A stretch of 62,565 nucleotides of DNA, filler included, from Chiloscyllium plagiosum (lineage: Eukaryota), in NCBI RefSeq assembly GCF_004010195.1. It is 5 parts of one record of this genome, joined end to end, with 100 filler letters (N's around TTAATTAATTAA, not from the genome) between each part and the next. Parts side by side here need not be neighbours in the genome. Positions count along the whole stretch, not along the records: positions 59,428 to 62,565 come from NC_057717.1; 4 more parts are not named here. One strand, given 5' to 3'. A program made the translations under genes and the position numbers. Positions within the stretch are counted from its first letter, which is position 1; every line of letters begins with the position of its first letter. The notes beneath the pieces were generated by a model. The model was given only the letters and a program-made list of their open reading frames with translations. It ran no database searches and was not told the origin of the DNA. Positions 60,415 through 62,565 of this stretch are shown piece after piece.

Positions 60415-62265
60415 AGATAGAGTCAGAGTCTCGGAGATGTACAGCATGGAATAAGACGCTTCAGTCTAAGTCGTCCATGCTGATGGGATATCCCAAATTA
60501 AACTAGTCACATTTGGCCAATGTCGATGTAAACCTTTCCTCTTCATGTACCCATCCCAATATCATTTAGACGTTATAATTGTAAAAGCCTCCACCACCTC
60601 CTCATTCCACACATGCATCACCCTCTGTGGGAAAAAGTTGCTCCTTAGGTCATTTTTAAATCTTTTCCCTCTCATCGGAAATCCATGCCTTCTAGTTTTG
60701 GGGAAAAAGACCTTGGCTATGCACACTATATATGCTCCTCACGCTACAGGAATAAAATAACCCAATCATCCAAGTTTGTGAGAACCCAATCTACTCGCAC
60801 TCTCCCCTTCGCTCCAATCCTGGCAACATCCTTGTAAATCTTTACTGACTCCCTTCAAGTTTCACAATATATTTCCAAAAGGAAGGAGACCAGAATTGAA
60901 TGCAGTACACCAAAAATGGCCAAAGTAATGTGCTGTACAGCAGCAACATGACCACCCAATTCATATAGTCAAAGCACTGGCCAATCAAGGCAAGCATACC
61001 AAATACCGTCTTCACTATCCTACCTAACTGCGATTCTACTTTAAAGAAACTATGAACCTGCATTCCAAGGTCTCTTTGTTCAGCAACACTCCCCAGGACG
61101 TTAGCATGAAGTGTACATGTCCTGCCCTGATTTGCATTTCCAAAATGCAGCACCTCCCATTTGTCTCGATTAAAAACCACCTGCCAATTGTCAGCCCATC
61201 TGCCCATCTGACCAAGATTCCATTGTACTCTGAGGTAAACCTTCTTTGCTGTCCACTACACCATCATTTTGGGTTTCATCTGCAAACGTAGCAACTATTG
61301 CTGCAATGATCACATCCAAATGATTTATGTGAATAGTGAAAAGCAGTGGAGCCAGCACTAATCCTTTTTAGCACACCAATGGTAACAACCCTCCTTTTCG
61401 AAAAACAATCCTTCACCACCACCTTCTGTCTCCTGACTTCGGGCTAATTCTGTATACATATGGCTAGTTCTCCCTGTATTCCAGTTGAACTAAACTTGTT
61501 AACCAATCTACCATGCAGGAAGTTGGCAAATGCCTTACTGAAGTCCATACCAACAATATACACCTCTGCCGCAATGAATCCTCTTAGTCACTTCTTCAAA
61601 CATACTCAGTCAATTTAGTGAGACTCAACTTTCCATCCTTCGATCCATGTGGCTTATCACTTATCAGTCCTTGCTTTTCAAAATCCATGCAAACCTTGTG
61701 CCTCATAATCCTTATCAACAGCTTGCCCTCCACTGAAGTCTGGCTCACTAGCTTTTCCTTACCATCCTTCTTAAATGTTGTCAATAATCGCACCCAATTC
61801 GCAAAGCCTCCTATCTTCCGGTACCTCATCTGTGACAATTGACGATACAAATATCTCAGCAAGGGGCCCAGCAATCACTTCACTCGCTTCCACAGAGTTC
61901 TCGGGTACATCTGATCAGGTCCTGAAGATTTTCCCACCTTTCCGGGTTTACGAACTCCAGCATCTCCTTCTCTGTAATACAGGCACTTTTCAACATGTCA
62001 CGGTTTATTTCTAAACTTCTTTAGCTTGCATATCCTTCTGCACAGTCAATACTGACGCACGACGCTTGTTTAGTATCGCCTCCATCTCCTGCGGTTTTGC
62101 ACATCAGCAACCTTGCTGACCTTTAAGTGGCCCAAAACCCTCCTGAGTTATTCTTTTGTCCTTAATGTATGTGTAGAGTCCCTTTGGATTCTCCTTAACC
62201 CTATTTGCCAGAACTATCTCATGTCCCCTTTGTGGCCTCTAAATTTCCATCTTATGTATACTCCT
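60415..62265 (-). mobile_element. CR1 LINE ORF2 RT to 3' end
   Basis: ORF 60842-61207 WADNWQVVFNRDKWEVLHFG..QRDLGMQVH..YCIQFWSP; ORF 61596-61874 GLISDKPHG..SLTKLTEY. Confidence 0.9.
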
Positions 62266-62296
62266 ACTGGCTTTAGACCCTTCTTGACAGTCACTT

Positions 62297-62441
62297 TAAA
62301 TCTGGAAGTAAGAGCCAAATGACGATGATTTTTGGAAAACCCATCAGGTTCTCTTATGGTCTTGAAGGAAGCAAACTGTCTCCTTACCAGGCCTGGGTTA
62401 CATGTAACTCCAGACCGACAACCATGTGTGTGACTCGTAAC
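62297..62441 (+). mobile_element. Shark SINE fragment (SacSINE1-like)
   Basis: AAAACCCATCAGGTTC...CCTTACCAGGCCTGGGTTACATGTAACTCCAGACC; homologous to ~17050-17170. Confidence 0.6.
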
Positions 62442-62565
62442 TGGATTAGTGGTGCTGGAAGAGCACAGCAGTTCAGGCAGCATCCGAGGAGCAGCAAAAG
62501 CCCTTCATCAGGAATAAAGGCAGAGAGCCTGAAGCGTGGAGAGATAAGCGAGAGGAGAGTGGAGG
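62442..62565 (-). mobile_element. Penelope pseudo-LTR fragment
   Basis: TGGATTAGTGGTGCTGGAAGAGCACAGCAGTTCAGGCAGCATCC..CCCTTCATCAGGAAT; same family as 58320-58421. Confidence 0.8.

Overview
This is repeat-dense vertebrate genomic DNA, very probably from a shark; this is inferred from HE1/V-SINEs, shark-type CR1 LINEs and a shark-type GPR139-like exon. I can support no intact protein-coding gene. Contents: (i) two related 33-34 bp strand-biased satellites in opposite orientation (1-11299 and 48603-53205); (ii) an orphan first coding exon of a GPR139/GPR142-like GPCR with no in-frame ATG (16312-16501); (iii) a possible leader/intron/V-domain relic (15118-15379, low confidence); (iv) a ~3.9 kb module present three times (17480-21340 +, 38170-41650 +, 42387-46440 -); (v) a decayed Gmr1-type Gypsy element with integrase upstream of RT (30886-36890); (vi) the 5' LTR, PBS-Pro and gag of a class I (gamma/epsilon-like) endogenous retrovirus (48602-46995, -); (vii) about a dozen Penelope-like fragments, many as hairpin insertions with TSDs that carry minimal hammerhead-ribozyme cores; (viii) a tRNA-Ser pseudogene (54786-54867); (ix) a solo LTR, a Tigger-like MITE and many CR1, Rex and SINE fragments. 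The assembly is fragmented, with N gaps and four artificial N44-TTAATTAATTAA-N44 linkers, so long-range arrangements are provisional. I found no convincingly new biological system. The best leads are listed with their caveats.
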